Shown piece by piece: positions 30,600 through 41,740 of a stretch of DNA of 64,000 nt (the first letter of the stretch is position 1; every line of letters begins with the position of its first letter). A program made the translations under genes and the position numbers. Source of the DNA: a virus; IMG/VR virus record IMGVR_UViG_3300011261_000048, positions 1 to 64,000 of that record. One strand, written 5' to 3'. The notes beneath the pieces were generated by a model. It saw only the letters and a list, made by a program, of their open reading frames with translations, did not search any database and was not told the origin of the DNA.

Positions 30600-31826
30600 T
30601 TACAATGCTAAGTCACCTGTTGCTACTACAGCAGCAGCTAATACCTCAAGAACATCAGTGATGTCATCAGCAGTACCTGTTACAGCGTAGTTAGGAGTAG
30701 TTTCTGGAATAGCTAGTGTGTATCTTTTCTTGATAGGTCCACTTACTATTGATGTATTCATTGTATCCTCTACAATAAGGTCAATAAATTCATAATTTCC
30801 AGAAGCTTCAGTTCTTGCATCAAAGATATTAGGTTCTCCCATTCTCATGATATCACCTTCATTACCTTGACAGAAGAATTCAAGTTCCTTAACTTGTTTC
30901 TCTGTTCCGTTACCTGCAGTAGCTGCAGTTACAACTTGATTAGGAGTTGATCCAAATCCAGCTACAGTAACATCAAAGATTAATGGTTGTAAATCTGCAT
31001 GTAATTTACCTACTCTATGTGGTAAAGCTACACCTGTCAATAGTAAACCAAAGTTAGCTGTTGCTGCAGTTGCTGCTACAATAACTTCACCTGCTACAGC
31101 TGTTGCTGAAGCATCTGTGATTCTTTGTCTTACTTTGATGTTTACACCATTTACAGAAACTACTTCATAAACTGAATCAGTTACTGCAGTTCCAATTCTA
31201 ATGTAATCACCTGCAACTACTGTGTGAGTAGAAAGTGAAGCTACAATATATTGAGAACCTTCTGCATAAGATAATGTTGCTGGACCTACACCAAGTGCAG
31301 CACCTGCATCATCACAAAGCATTGTAATTTTGACTTTGTTATCTGCTTCTTTAGCGAATTCATTAATCAAGTTTTCAGCAAGATTAGATGCAATTTCAGC
31401 TTGTGTAGCAGTTAAGTCAGATTTGTAAAACCCATGTTTTACATACAAACCACCATGGTTAGAAGTTCTTCCTTCACGCATGTTGATTCTTACTTGATAA
31501 TCATTGTCGTTGGTTACGTCAATAGAACCTGAAGTTCCATCAAATCCTAAAGCAGATACTTGATTAGCTGCAGCTACATAAGCAGTTGCAACAGCACCTT
31601 TAATAGAAGCCTTCTTAATGATACCAGAGTCAAAGAGTGCCGTAGCAGTCTTTTTTACGATTTTAAACTCCGTAGCTGTAGCTGCTGATGCCTCAGTAAG
31701 TCTAGTCCCTGCTGGAGTAAATAATCCAATTTCACCGTCATTTAAAGTAGATACGCCACCAGTTGTTTTAGTAGCTGCTGCTCCAATGAATAGTAGTTGG
31801 ATGTCATTTTGAGAAAATGTTGCCAT
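30600..31826 (-). CDS. Auxiliary capsid protein (crAss gene 73-like)
   Basis: MATFSQN start, GNGTEKQVKELEFFCQGNEGDIMR motif; Ala-rich; synteny MCP-75-74-73. Confidence 0.75.
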   Translation of the reverse strand: MATFSQNDIQLLFIGAAATKTTGGVSTLNDGEIGLFTPAGTRLTEASAATATEFKIVKKTATALFDSGIIKKASIKGAVATAYVAAANQVSALGFDGTSGSIDVTNDNDYQVRINMREGRTSNHGGLYVKHGFYKSDLTATQAEIASNLAENLINEFAKEADNKVKITMLCDDAGAALGVGPATLSYAEGSQYIVASLSTHTVVAGDYIRIGTAVTDSVYEVVSVNGVNIKVRQRITDASATAVAGEVIVAATAATANFGLLLTGVALPHRVGKLHADLQPLIFDVTVAGFGSTPNQVVTAATAGNGTEKQVKELEFFCQGNEGDIMRMGEPNIFDARTEASGNYEFIDLIVEDTMNTSIVSGPIKKRYTLAIPETTPNYAVTGTADDITDVLEVLAAAVVATGDLAL

Positions 31827-31852
31827 TTTTATTCTTTGTTTTTAATTAATAA

Positions 31853-32566
31853 TTATGATTCGCCTTCTTGTTGCTCTATACTTTTTAATTGGTATTGTTC
31901 AGGATCAGTAACACCTGTGGCTATTTTAACAGCTTCATCTACTATTCTCTTATGGAGAATAACATTTAACTCTGAGTCCAATGGTCCTGCTACACCGTCT
32001 ACTGTATTACTTCCCAGAATAATAGGTTGTAAGTTTTTGATGTAACGTAGATGATACTCACTAACTGTAGATTGCCCATCTGTAATTAGTTCATGAATTC
32101 TACCTTGGTAATCTAGTCTCCAAATAAAAGTCCTATTGTTAGGTTTCTTAAAAGGATTCTGTAAATTAATACTATACTCATCGTGGGTAATAGGTTTTAC
32201 TCTTATTCTCTTCCCGTTTATACAAGGGTCAGCTGAAGCTAAAGTAACTTCTTCTGAGATTGCATATAAACAGTCTGCAGGTAAATCATAAAACTCTCCA
32301 TTAGGTAGAGTATTAGTTTGAGTAGCAGAGGGAGAAGTAATAGTAACTCCCTTTACTAACTCTTGTATATCTTTTCTTCTTGCTTCTGTTTCTTCAAACC
32401 CCTCACGGAATTTGTTTGCCAGAGGGTTATAGTGTGCAAAAAATACTCTTTCCTGGGCCTTAGTTAAAAAGATGCTTCTTTCTAGCTCACTGTAACCAGG
32501 AGCATCCAAATTTGCAAACTTATCATACAGGACTAAAAACTCCTGATCCATTTCAACTCCAGTCAT
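31853..32566 (-). CDS. Ring / head-tail adaptor protein (crAss gene 74-like)
   Basis: EF.VLYD...APG...E.SIFLTKAQE...GFEETE.RRKD; NPFKKP; LH..IVDEAV. Confidence 0.8.
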   Translation of the reverse strand: MTGVEMDQEFLVLYDKFANLDAPGYSELERSIFLTKAQERVFFAHYNPLANKFREGFEETEARRKDIQELVKGVTITSPSATQTNTLPNGEFYDLPADCLYAISEEVTLASADPCINGKRIRVKPITHDEYSINLQNPFKKPNNRTFIWRLDYQGRIHELITDGQSTVSEYHLRYIKNLQPIILGSNTVDGVAGPLDSELNVILHKRIVDEAVKIATGVTDPEQYQLKSIEQQEGES

Positions 32567-32572
32567 AGTATT

Positions 32573-33454
32573 TTATTTTGCTGCTTTAACTCTTGCTTGA
32601 ATACTTAATAATAAATCTTGTTGTGCAGGAGCTAATAAATACTCTACTGCTACATCTATAGAAGCTACTTCTGCTTCTCCACATAAAGGATCTCCTCCTG
32701 GTAGAGAATACTTTCTTCCTTGTTTAATTACTACTCCTGCATCAACTGCTTCAGAGATAAGTAACTTCATATCAAAAGCTTCTTTGTTTTCAACTATCTT
32801 AAGGAAAGTATCAATATCATCAGTAATAATCTTTCTAATTTCTGCAAATAAGAAAGAACCTTTAGATGATTCAGATACTTTTCTCCCATATACCTTAAGG
32901 AAGTTAACCATGGCTTCTTTATCATCTTTAAGTTTCCCTAAAGCCATAAATGCTTCCATTTCTTTGTCTCCTTGAGATATAATCTTGTTAGTTTCATACT
33001 CTTCTGAAACCAAAGCATATCTATATGTTTTCTTCTTTAACATTGAATCTCCATCAGGAGCAATGAATAAAGTGTTTGCTCTTAAGATAATGTATATCAA
33101 GTAGTCTTTAGGACTTCTTAGATTAAGCTTAACTGTGTCTTTACCTAGCTTAGCTTTAATCTTATGCCATTCATTATCTTTGTTTTTGTGCCAGTTTAAG
33201 TCTAAGTCTAACTCATACTCTAACCATTCTTGTTCTGCTTTACCTTCTTCACCTGGTAAAAAAGGCTTAATTAAATTGTTTCTGTTATCAACAGGTAAAC
33301 AATATGTTATAGTGCTACTTCCAAATAAGTAATATGCCTCATGTTCTGGGTCACTTACTAGTGGATTTCTAGCTCTCATAATAGGCTTGACAATGACTAT
33401 TCTGTCTTCACCTGAAAATTTCTTAGCTTTTACAGCTTTCTTTGTTTCTTCCAT
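32573..33454 (-). CDS. crAss gene 75-like conserved protein downstream of MCP
   Basis: LNLRSPKDYLIYIILRAN..IAP motif; synteny. Confidence 0.7.
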   Translation of the reverse strand: MEETKKAVKAKKFSGEDRIVIVKPIMRARNPLVSDPEHEAYYLFGSSTITYCLPVDNRNNLIKPFLPGEEGKAEQEWLEYELDLDLNWHKNKDNEWHKIKAKLGKDTVKLNLRSPKDYLIYIILRANTLFIAPDGDSMLKKKTYRYALVSEEYETNKIISQGDKEMEAFMALGKLKDDKEAMVNFLKVYGRKVSESSKGSFLFAEIRKIITDDIDTFLKIVENKEAFDMKLLISEAVDAGVVIKQGRKYSLPGGDPLCGEAEVASIDVAVEYLLAPAQQDLLLSIQARVKAAK

Positions 33455-33480
33455 CTCTCTCTTTATGAATTGTTTATTTA

Positions 33481-33512
33481 AAAAAGAGGGCTCTGCTTCC
33501 TACAAAGCCCTC
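33481..33512 (-). terminator. Intrinsic terminator after major capsid gene
   Basis: GAGGGCT...AGCCCTC stem with U-tract on the minus strand. Confidence 0.75.
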
Positions 33513-33529
33513 ATTATATTTATTGTTTA

Positions 33530-35023
33530 TTATGCAAATGATGAATAATAACCAGCTTGCATGTTATGGATAAAGCTAGCAGTACGAGAAGGATCTCTTA
33601 CAATAGCAGCTCCACAATAGAACTTGTGCTCTTCCCATGCATCTTCAGCAGTACCTACTGCAGAAAATTGTGCATCTGGTGCAAAAGGATTTCTCAAACC
33701 TGGGATGTACTTGTGTACAATAGGCTGTCCTTTAACTTTACACTTTTGGATGTTTGGTGCTCCTGCAGATGTTCCGATATCCATGATATCATATCTGTAA
33801 GATTCAACAACTCCTCCAGAAGGATGAAGCATCTTGTTACGGTTTCTGTCATCATACATAGAATCTACAGAAAGGTTAACCTTAATGTTGTTAGGTCCTA
33901 GATATTCAATGAACTGTCCACCATATCCTAATCCCATTTGGAATCCTGATTGTGATACTTTATACATTCTATCTTGATTCAACAATGGAGTAAACAATTG
34001 TGAAAAGTCTTCTAAAGATTTGTGGAACTCGTAAGCACCTCTTTCTCCAGTTCTTAATACAAATTGTCTTTCATCTGTTTTCAATTTACCTTCAGATAAA
34101 TCCAAAAGTCTTGAAGACAAATCATTGATATCAAATACATTATAGAAAGAGCTGTTAGCTGCTTCCATTTGTTGTCTGATTCCTGCTCCTTCAGTAATAG
34201 AATAACCTGAGTCACCTTTTATTCTGTATTGTCCATCAGCACTTCTGTTAGATGTTCCAAACATGTATAACTTGTTGATATCCTCACGGAACTCATTGTC
34301 AAACATGAAAGACTCATAATGTTGCCAGAACTTGATTACCTTTCCAGAATCATCTTTGAAGTATGATCCCATCTTTTTATTACTCATGTTTCCAGGAGTC
34401 TTCTTTTGGATTCTAATTTGTGAGAAAGACTGTCTCATTGAGATATGAGATTTATAGTTAATCTCTCTACCTTTTCTAGACATAGTTCTTTCTACTGGAG
34501 AGAACTCACCTGAGAATCTTTTATTTGCTTGTACTTCCTCGTAAGGAATAAACAAATCTGCATCTCCTGAGTCCATTTTACAAGTGTGAACTGTGTTTAG
34601 ACCTTCAGAAGCAGTAGAGATTACCAATATAGGATAAATCTCATTTAATTCACCTACAATTCTTTGTCCATCAGAGAACCAGTTTTTAGGGAATACTAAT
34701 TCAAAAGTGTTGTAGTTTTTTCCTGGTTCGTCTGCAGGAGTAACTGGTGTTCCGTCAATTCTACATTCTACCAACTCAATGTTGTCTAGCCCTTGTGATT
34801 GTAAGTCCCATACAAAATCTGTATCGTCTTCTAATTCCAAAGCAGGGTACATAGATAGTACACTATCAATGTTATTCCCAAAATAGTTTTGCTGAACATT
34901 CATAATCATGTCAGATACCTTTTGTGGAGCTTGTCCCCAGATAGCACCTAAGTGATTTTCTGTAGTCAAACCTTTCCATGTAGTAGCATCCGTCATTTGT
35001 AATGGGGATATTCTAGTTGCCAT
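33530..35023 (-). CDS. Major capsid protein (crAss-like)
   Basis: WKGLTTENHLGAI N-terminus, GAGIRQQ, TGERGAYEFH, GLRNPF; 497 aa. Confidence 0.92.
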   Translation of the reverse strand: MATRISPLQMTDATTWKGLTTENHLGAIWGQAPQKVSDMIMNVQQNYFGNNIDSVLSMYPALELEDDTDFVWDLQSQGLDNIELVECRIDGTPVTPADEPGKNYNTFELVFPKNWFSDGQRIVGELNEIYPILVISTASEGLNTVHTCKMDSGDADLFIPYEEVQANKRFSGEFSPVERTMSRKGREINYKSHISMRQSFSQIRIQKKTPGNMSNKKMGSYFKDDSGKVIKFWQHYESFMFDNEFREDINKLYMFGTSNRSADGQYRIKGDSGYSITEGAGIRQQMEAANSSFYNVFDINDLSSRLLDLSEGKLKTDERQFVLRTGERGAYEFHKSLEDFSQLFTPLLNQDRMYKVSQSGFQMGLGYGGQFIEYLGPNNIKVNLSVDSMYDDRNRNKMLHPSGGVVESYRYDIMDIGTSAGAPNIQKCKVKGQPIVHKYIPGLRNPFAPDAQFSAVGTAEDAWEEHKFYCGAAIVRDPSRTASFIHNMQAGYYSSFA

Positions 35024-35051
35024 TTATTTGTTTTTTGTTAATTAATAATTG

Positions 35052-36227
35052 TTAAAAAGTTATATTCTTTAAAGCCTCGCCTATTTCTCTACTTGTTTTA
35101 CCTTGAGTCACATTGCTGATAATGGAACCTCCACTAACTCCTGATCCTTGTTGAGATAATACTTTTTCTAGGTCATTAACTGCAGCAGTCTTACCGCTAG
35201 TAGTTATTTTACTAAAATCTGTAAATCCTTTTGTAATTACATGTAAAGTATGTAGTCTTACTTTGTACTCTTCGTCATCTTTATAACTGGCCATTACTTC
35301 ATTTAGTGGAGTGTCATCATCCATTCTTATTGGAGATGTCATACTACTAAAAATTTTATTCTTAGTATTGGTAGTCACTTTGATACCTTTGAGTATTTCT
35401 GATTCACCATCTAACTTTGATTTAAGAGCTGCTATTCTGTTTTGCTCTTGTTCCAATTTAGATGCTTTATCAGCTTTTGCTAATTCTAATTCTTTTGAGA
35501 ACTCAGCTTCTTCATGGGCAACAAGGGCATTTTTTGCAGAAAAAGCATCACTAAAAAAAGTATCAGACTTAGCTGCAAGAGAAGCGTAATTCTCTGCAGT
35601 GTGTTCATCAAAGCCTTTAACAATGAAACTTCTTCTGATTAACTCCTTAGCTAATGCAGGTGATTCATTTATTGTAGTATCCTCAATTTGTTTGTACTGT
35701 GCTGAGTTAGACTTAGCTTTAGCAAATGTTTCTTGAGGTACTCCGTTTCTTAGGGCTTCTAAGTATTGTTTTTGATTCTCATCTAAATCAGAGAATTCAC
35801 TTTGTTTAATTTGTTTTCCTATACTTTCCAGTAAGGAATTTACATCTTTAATTTCTGTAATCTCTTCTTCAGATAAAGAAGAGAAAGCTCCTGTTTCAAT
35901 TAATGCCGAGGCTAGGGAAGTAAACGTGTCTTGAGAAGAGAGAGAAGCATTTTTATCTACAGGAGCTTTCTTGTCTTTAATATCTTTATTAATCTCTTCA
36001 CCACTAGCATCTATGTTTGGGTCAACTATTGGGGTTTCAGCAGAAGCTAATGCTTCAAGGTCTATACCTTCATTATCTACTACTTCAACTTCTACTTTTT
36101 TATCATCTGCGTTAGCAGCAGGAGTAGTTTCCTTTACTGGGTCAGGTGTAAAACCTTCTGTATCTACAATTGGAGTCTCAGAGCCAGCCAGCTCCTCCAA
36201 ATTAATACTGTCAAAATTAAAATCCAT
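35052..36227 (-). CDS. Putative scaffolding protein (crAss gene 77-like)
   Basis: Acidic low-complexity N-terminus, YLEALRNGVP, coiled coil, TKGFTDFSK; between portal and MCP. Confidence 0.7.
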   Translation of the reverse strand: MDFNFDSINLEELAGSETPIVDTEGFTPDPVKETTPAANADDKKVEVEVVDNEGIDLEALASAETPIVDPNIDASGEEINKDIKDKKAPVDKNASLSSQDTFTSLASALIETGAFSSLSEEEITEIKDVNSLLESIGKQIKQSEFSDLDENQKQYLEALRNGVPQETFAKAKSNSAQYKQIEDTTINESPALAKELIRRSFIVKGFDEHTAENYASLAAKSDTFFSDAFSAKNALVAHEEAEFSKELELAKADKASKLEQEQNRIAALKSKLDGESEILKGIKVTTNTKNKIFSSMTSPIRMDDDTPLNEVMASYKDDEEYKVRLHTLHVITKGFTDFSKITTSGKTAAVNDLEKVLSQQGSGVSGGSIISNVTQGKTSREIGEALKNITF

Positions 36228-36250
36228 GTCTCTTTCTCTCTTTATGTGTA

Positions 36251-36258
36251 CAAATATA
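36251..36258 (-). promoter_or_regulatory. Bacteroidota -7 element TATATTTG (capsid operon)
   Basis: TAnnTTTG 24 nt upstream of ATG 36227. Confidence 0.75.
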
Positions 36259-36330
36259 CGTACTATTAATAATACAAATCACAAAAATTATGTGACATAA
36301 CAAAAAATATTATCTCCGTGATGACTAAAA

Positions 36331-38772
36331 CTACTTTTTAGGTGTAGCCTTTACCTGTGCCTTCTTAGCAGCTATTTCCTTTTCTTTCATCTCTTCTGTT
36401 TTCTTATTGTGTCTTACTGTCTCTTTTTGTGCTTCCTTCTTTATGTTATAATCTTTATTTATCTTATCTGCCTGAAGCTTAATACTTTCCAATGATGAGG
36501 CATCTGCAGAATCATTTCCACCATCATAATACCTTGAGTCTTCATTATCTTGTCTCATGCTTTCTATAGTAATCTTAGTGTCTAGGTCTTTATCTTGTCT
36601 AGCATCTTCTCTATCCCACTCTTCTCTTATAAAGTCTCTAGCTTTTTCTGCTTCTTCTGCCTGAGCTTTCATAGCTTCTTGTTGCATTTTTTGCTGTCTT
36701 TCTTCATTTTCCTGATCTCTTTGCATCTTCTCATTCTCACTTCTAGTAAGTTTCTTTCTAATAGAAGAAATAGATTCAGTAGAGAAGATATCAATAAGTT
36801 GGGTGTAGTTAAGGATACCATTCTGAATACCTGCATGTGCAAGTTGTTTCATACTTTGCATTAATTCTGCAGAACCAGCCCCATCAGTAATAAGTAATCC
36901 GTATTCAGAATCCATAAAGTCTGTACCATCTAAGTTCATCATTACTGATGCACCGTCATCTAATACATACTGTACCTTCTTATTCTTTTTATCTTTCCAT
37001 GCATACTTAGCAGTTTGAAGTAAACATTCTAATACTCTAAGTTTAACTTGGTCATGTTCCATAAACCAATACTCAGTAATATGTGAAGACTGTGCTACTT
37101 CTCTTTCTACATTACCTACAGCTTCTCTAGTAGATATCTGACCTTGTCTTGCTGCAGATACTCCTGCAATTTCACCAAGTTCTTGTTTGATGTATGACAT
37201 CATATTCATATACAACTGGATACTGTTACCCATTTCCATATCAATAACTGGAGCTTGTGCATTCATAGCACCTGCCATCTTACCTTGAGCAGCACCTTTG
37301 TTACCTTCTTTGAAAGCGTCATAAACAGCAATGTTCATAGAATCTGCCATAGATAACCACTTGTCTATTTGCCAACCTTCAGGAATTTCATGGATACCTA
37401 ATCTCATGATTTTACCTTTATTCTTAGCAATCATTAACTCAGTGTTATAAGCTAAGATATTATATAAGTATTGGTATGGTTTCATTCTATCCATAAGAGA
37501 TACTCCTATGTTAGAATTAGTATTGTATATAGTCCCTACTATTCCTGGATGGCATTTAGAAGGGTTTTCCATAGATCTGTACTGAACCTTCTTAGGTTGC
37601 ATTCTTACATAGATAGCATTTATATCATTGTCATCACCTACTCCGCCACCTATTTTATGGCCTTCCCACCATTCTGATACCCAAAGGATAGTTTCTTCTT
37701 CTCCTTTAGTTTCATCTATAGTGTAGTTCTCATCTTGAAAACTGTAATCATATTCACCTTCTTCATTGATAGACTTAACTTTCTTAAGCTTTCTCATAGA
37801 TTTCCAGTAAGCTTTTACTACTCTAATATTACCAGAGCCGTCAAATGTAGAACCATAAGAAGTGTCATTTTCTAAAAAGGATACGTTAATGGTATCATCT
37901 AGCTTTAATGTCAAATCAGGTTTACTACCTATATCTATAGCAGATTCTCCTGAAGAGTTACCTACCATATCATTTTCTATTCTAGTTATCTCCTGTGGAG
38001 TAAGCTCATCATGATACTCATCTATAATTTGTCCTGGGCTCATATAGCCTGATATAGTTATAATATCAGCATCTTCTATTTGATTACTTTCTCCAGACCT
38101 TACTGTATTGACATTAAGTACATTAAGTATCTTAACTACAGGTTCACCTGCTATAATATCAATAAGGTAAGCTTCTTCAGCACTAATCAGTGCATTTTTA
38201 AATCCTTTAGCAAATAAGTTATCTAACTTAAGATGCTTATATAAGTAAGTAAGTATCTGTGTACCTACTCTTTCTCTAGCAGATTGGTAATCAAAGTCTA
38301 CATAATTCTGAAACTTCTTCATCTTCTCAGCCATCTCTTCTTCAGTAGATGACTCATCTTTGATGTCTTCAGTAATTATTTGAATAAGTTTTTGTTTAAG
38401 TTCTTCTTCTTTTTCAGAGATAGCATCAGCATTGATAACTCTAACTCTAAAATCAAATCTTCTTTTAATAGATTCTCCTACAAGTAAATCAATTTTAGGA
38501 TTAGCAATAGGATAGTTCTGCATCTTAGCAGGAGAAGTTAACCCCCCTAACTTATGCGGGTTACATACCCTTTCTACATCTGCCTGGTCCAAGATATCTG
38601 AATACAGGTCAAAGTTAATGCTCTTATTATAGTAAGATTGTCTTAGGGTATCACTACCCCAAATAGCTAAAGCTTCTGCCCCATTGACACATTCTTTTCT
38701 CCACTTAGGAGTTTTGCTACTAGTGGATTTCTTTTGTGAGGGGAATTGTATGTTGTTTCCGTTATTTTGCAT
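36331..38772 (-). CDS. Portal protein
   Basis: FPSQK, NYPIANPKIDLLVGE, YWKS, WVSEWWEG.KIG, SLMDRMKPYQYLYN, AGVS..RQGQI; 813 aa. Confidence 0.92.
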   Translation of the reverse strand: MQNNGNNIQFPSQKKSTSSKTPKWRKECVNGAEALAIWGSDTLRQSYYNKSINFDLYSDILDQADVERVCNPHKLGGLTSPAKMQNYPIANPKIDLLVGESIKRRFDFRVRVINADAISEKEEELKQKLIQIITEDIKDESSTEEEMAEKMKKFQNYVDFDYQSARERVGTQILTYLYKHLKLDNLFAKGFKNALISAEEAYLIDIIAGEPVVKILNVLNVNTVRSGESNQIEDADIITISGYMSPGQIIDEYHDELTPQEITRIENDMVGNSSGESAIDIGSKPDLTLKLDDTINVSFLENDTSYGSTFDGSGNIRVVKAYWKSMRKLKKVKSINEEGEYDYSFQDENYTIDETKGEEETILWVSEWWEGHKIGGGVGDDNDINAIYVRMQPKKVQYRSMENPSKCHPGIVGTIYNTNSNIGVSLMDRMKPYQYLYNILAYNTELMIAKNKGKIMRLGIHEIPEGWQIDKWLSMADSMNIAVYDAFKEGNKGAAQGKMAGAMNAQAPVIDMEMGNSIQLYMNMMSYIKQELGEIAGVSAARQGQISTREAVGNVEREVAQSSHITEYWFMEHDQVKLRVLECLLQTAKYAWKDKKNKKVQYVLDDGASVMMNLDGTDFMDSEYGLLITDGAGSAELMQSMKQLAHAGIQNGILNYTQLIDIFSTESISSIRKKLTRSENEKMQRDQENEERQQKMQQEAMKAQAEEAEKARDFIREEWDREDARQDKDLDTKITIESMRQDNEDSRYYDGGNDSADASSLESIKLQADKINKDYNIKKEAQKETVRHNKKTEEMKEKEIAAKKAQVKATPKK

Positions 38773-38789
38773 AGGAGTAATATATCTTG

Positions 38790-38797
38790 CAAAGATA
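38790..38797 (-). promoter_or_regulatory. Bacteroidota -7 element TATCTTTG
   Basis: TAnnTTTG upstream of the portal gene. Confidence 0.7.
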
Positions 38798-38808
38798 GTA
38801 ATTTTAAA

Positions 38809-41151
38809 TTAGATATTGAAATTAAACTTATTAGTAGCTGTTTGAGAAGTTGTGAACTGGTCAAAGAAAGGGTCTGATGCTACATCATTAACTTTCTGTT
38901 TTTGGGCCCTTTCTATATACTTAACCTTCTCTTCTTTAAGTATCATTAACATTATTAACGCAGATACTCTATCAAAGTTACCTGTATTATTATAGTTTAG
39001 TAACTCTCTAAGTAAACCTACACTCTTTATTGTATGTAAATTAAGTATCTCTTCACTGTCTTTACCATATGCAGGAGCAAGTAACCAATCTAGTATTAAT
39101 CTTAATCCATAAGCATTAACAGGCTTACTTGCTGTAGTACCTTTTCTTTTGTTACCTATCTTACTTATGGTAATATCTGCAACATCTCTAAGAGATTCTG
39201 GAGTATCACATAACCAATGTGTGCTATTTTTCTGCTCATAGTAGGTGTATAATCCTTTCTTATTTTGCTCATAATTATGTTCTGCTTTATAATAGATAGT
39301 TAGTTTCCTTGTTATCTCATAGAATTCTTTAGCTCCTCTACGTCCTGTATACTCAGCTACTATTCTATCCGTCCAAGTATCCATTACCCAAGAAGACCCT
39401 AGGGATGTAGTTATGGATTCATCATCATCATATGTATCTGTTCCTACTATGTATCTACCTTTAACTATCTCGTTATTAGCATTACGCTTAGGCATCTCAT
39501 AAATCTCTATTACCCCAGGTCTATTTTTATTATCCTTTATAGGCCAATCTTTCTCTACAGCATTACCATCTATATGCGTTAACTTAAGTTCACCTTGAGC
39601 ATCCCATTGTAAATCTACATAGTAGTTAGTATCAGTATACTTGTGAGGATTAGCTAATACATCAGCAAGATGTGCTTTAATCATAGCCTGTGGGAACATA
39701 CTTCCTTTGGCATTCAAGAACATCTCACTAGGAATAAGAGGGTAGTTCATCATCTCTGATGCTAGAGCAGAAGGGTCTTTAGACTTTCTTTTCTCATCTC
39801 TTCTTTCTTCATATGCTTCTATAGCCTCTTCTACTAGAGTATTCCCTTGCTTATCCTTGTAGTTACCATCCATATAGTAGGCAGGGACAAACCACCCAGT
39901 AGGTGCAGTACCTTCCCACTCATCTTCAAAGGCTAAGAAGTTAAATCCAGTAGGATCTCTAAATATAATCTCTGCTTCTTGAATCTTTTCTACGTTACCA
40001 CCTGTACCAATGTAAACAGAAGAACCAAACTTAACAGTACCATCCTTCATCTGACATGCATCATTAGAACCATGGACAGCTAATACATTACCTAATAGTC
40101 CAACTTCCTCTACCCCCATTACTGTGTAACGTCCACCAGCTGCTGCTTCAGGATTCTCAGTAGTGTAGATAACATGTTTAAGTGAAGTACCTGACCCTTT
40201 AGTAACCCAGTCATGCCCTACTTTCTTATCATATTCTGCTTTATAAGGTTTCTTTACATTGTTAGGGCCCAAGCCTCCTGTAGTACGCTTACTAAAAGGA
40301 GAAGGTTTATACTGTTTAGTACCTACACCGTATTCTCCAGGTAAGTTATCTTTACCAATACTGAACTTCTCTAGAATCTCTGCAGACTTAGATGATATTG
40401 CAGCACCTAAACATATTTGAGCTCTAGGTGGATTCTTAATAGATTCTTCTGTATATCTTTTAAGCCCATCAAATAAGAATTCATGTAGTAATACACCAAT
40501 ACCTACTAAATAGGATTTACCTCCACCCCTTGCACCAAGTAAGAATAAGTTTTTTGCCTCATTACCAAATAGGGCTATACCTAAAGACTTAGGATGTAAT
40601 TTACGTAAATAAGTTCTAGCAGGCTCATACTGTTTAAGTTCTCCGTCTTCCTTGTAACAGTTAGACCTCATTCTTCTCTTAATCCTAGCAGCTTTTCTAT
40701 GATTGTTCTTACTTACTGCTTTGATATACTCAGGTATCCTCCTATCACATGACACTTCATTATCATCTTCAAATCCAGAGAAACCTCTAGCCTCAATCCA
40801 GTTATAGAAGAATTCCCATTCAAAATCCCTTAAGTGAGGCCTCATCTTAATCTTAGGAGCAGTTTCATCTGCATCCTCAGTATCAGGATTGTGTTCTATA
40901 GTACCAAAGTTTACATAGAAGTATAAGTTAGATGGCATCCATCTCCAACCACCTTTTCTATCTAGTATCTTAGGATCAATTTCATTATTTATATCTACTG
41001 TAGCACTTTGGTCATCTATGGACCATAGTCCTTCAATACATCTTTTCTTATGAAGTTTCCAGTATTTTACATACGCAATTGAGGCAGGATGTAGTTCAGG
41101 TACATCTGATATTAAAAAATTCTCTCTTTTATTTATCTTTATAAATGCCAT
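38809..41151 (-). CDS. terL: Terminase large subunit
   Basis: Walker A ARGGGKS, Walker B GVEEVG, GTGG, RNase H-like GTDTYDDD, NFDRVSA. Confidence 0.93.
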   Translation of the reverse strand: MAFIKINKRENFLISDVPELHPASIAYVKYWKLHKKRCIEGLWSIDDQSATVDINNEIDPKILDRKGGWRWMPSNLYFYVNFGTIEHNPDTEDADETAPKIKMRPHLRDFEWEFFYNWIEARGFSGFEDDNEVSCDRRIPEYIKAVSKNNHRKAARIKRRMRSNCYKEDGELKQYEPARTYLRKLHPKSLGIALFGNEAKNLFLLGARGGGKSYLVGIGVLLHEFLFDGLKRYTEESIKNPPRAQICLGAAISSKSAEILEKFSIGKDNLPGEYGVGTKQYKPSPFSKRTTGGLGPNNVKKPYKAEYDKKVGHDWVTKGSGTSLKHVIYTTENPEAAAGGRYTVMGVEEVGLLGNVLAVHGSNDACQMKDGTVKFGSSVYIGTGGNVEKIQEAEIIFRDPTGFNFLAFEDEWEGTAPTGWFVPAYYMDGNYKDKQGNTLVEEAIEAYEERRDEKRKSKDPSALASEMMNYPLIPSEMFLNAKGSMFPQAMIKAHLADVLANPHKYTDTNYYVDLQWDAQGELKLTHIDGNAVEKDWPIKDNKNRPGVIEIYEMPKRNANNEIVKGRYIVGTDTYDDDESITTSLGSSWVMDTWTDRIVAEYTGRRGAKEFYEITRKLTIYYKAEHNYEQNKKGLYTYYEQKNSTHWLCDTPESLRDVADITISKIGNKRKGTTASKPVNAYGLRLILDWLLAPAYGKDSEEILNLHTIKSVGLLRELLNYNNTGNFDRVSALIMLMILKEEKVKYIERAQKQKVNDVASDPFFDQFTTSQTATNKFNFNI

Positions 41152-41152
41152 A

Positions 41153-41737
41153 TTATATTATACCCTCTTCTGATGCAGATTCTGTAGCACCGCCTCTTAA
41201 ATGTCCTTCAGCAGACTCTTTAGATATCTTTTCTCTGATAAGATCAAAGTCACTATAGATTTTACTAGTGTTTAGTAATAGTTTATCTATCTGCTCAGCA
41301 GTTCCCTTTTGTACTCTACCTGTTTCTTCATTATACGTATCTAATGAGTACTTAGTTCCTTTAATAAACCTTGCTCTATCTTTAACCTTATCTTCTAACT
41401 CTACTAACTCTCTCTTAGCTATAGATAAACATTTAGAATCGTATTCCTCTACTAGTTTTACTACACTGTCTTCAGTCCAGTCAAAAGCCTCATTATCTAG
41501 AAACTCTAGAGCTATAAGCCCTTTCTTATCCTCCCTGGATACATTCTTCCAAGGGTTATCCTCATGTGGGTCACAGTGTAGAGCTATAGCCCACATAAGT
41601 TTACTTGATTTAACCTTGTTCTTACTTTTATCAGCATCCTTAAGTTCCCTGAATAACTTTATACTAGTCATTGCTGGGTTTAGTAACCAGTAATTCTCAT
41701 CTACATTCCAATTCCTACTTATACTCTCCTGACTCAT
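41153..41737 (-). CDS. Conserved protein upstream of TerL, possible terminase small subunit
   Basis: DKSKNK..SSKLMWAI; C-terminal LRGG..ES; position. Confidence 0.5.
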   Translation of the reverse strand: MSQESISRNWNVDENYWLLNPAMTSIKLFRELKDADKSKNKVKSSKLMWAIALHCDPHEDNPWKNVSREDKKGLIALEFLDNEAFDWTEDSVVKLVEEYDSKCLSIAKRELVELEDKVKDRARFIKGTKYSLDTYNEETGRVQKGTAEQIDKLLLNTSKIYSDFDLIREKISKESAEGHLRGGATESASEEGII

Positions 41738-41740
41738 AAT

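Noticed and set aside
33530-41151. Introns or inteins in MCP, portal or terminase
   Set aside because: ORFs are continuous, of expected size, and lack intein or homing motifs.
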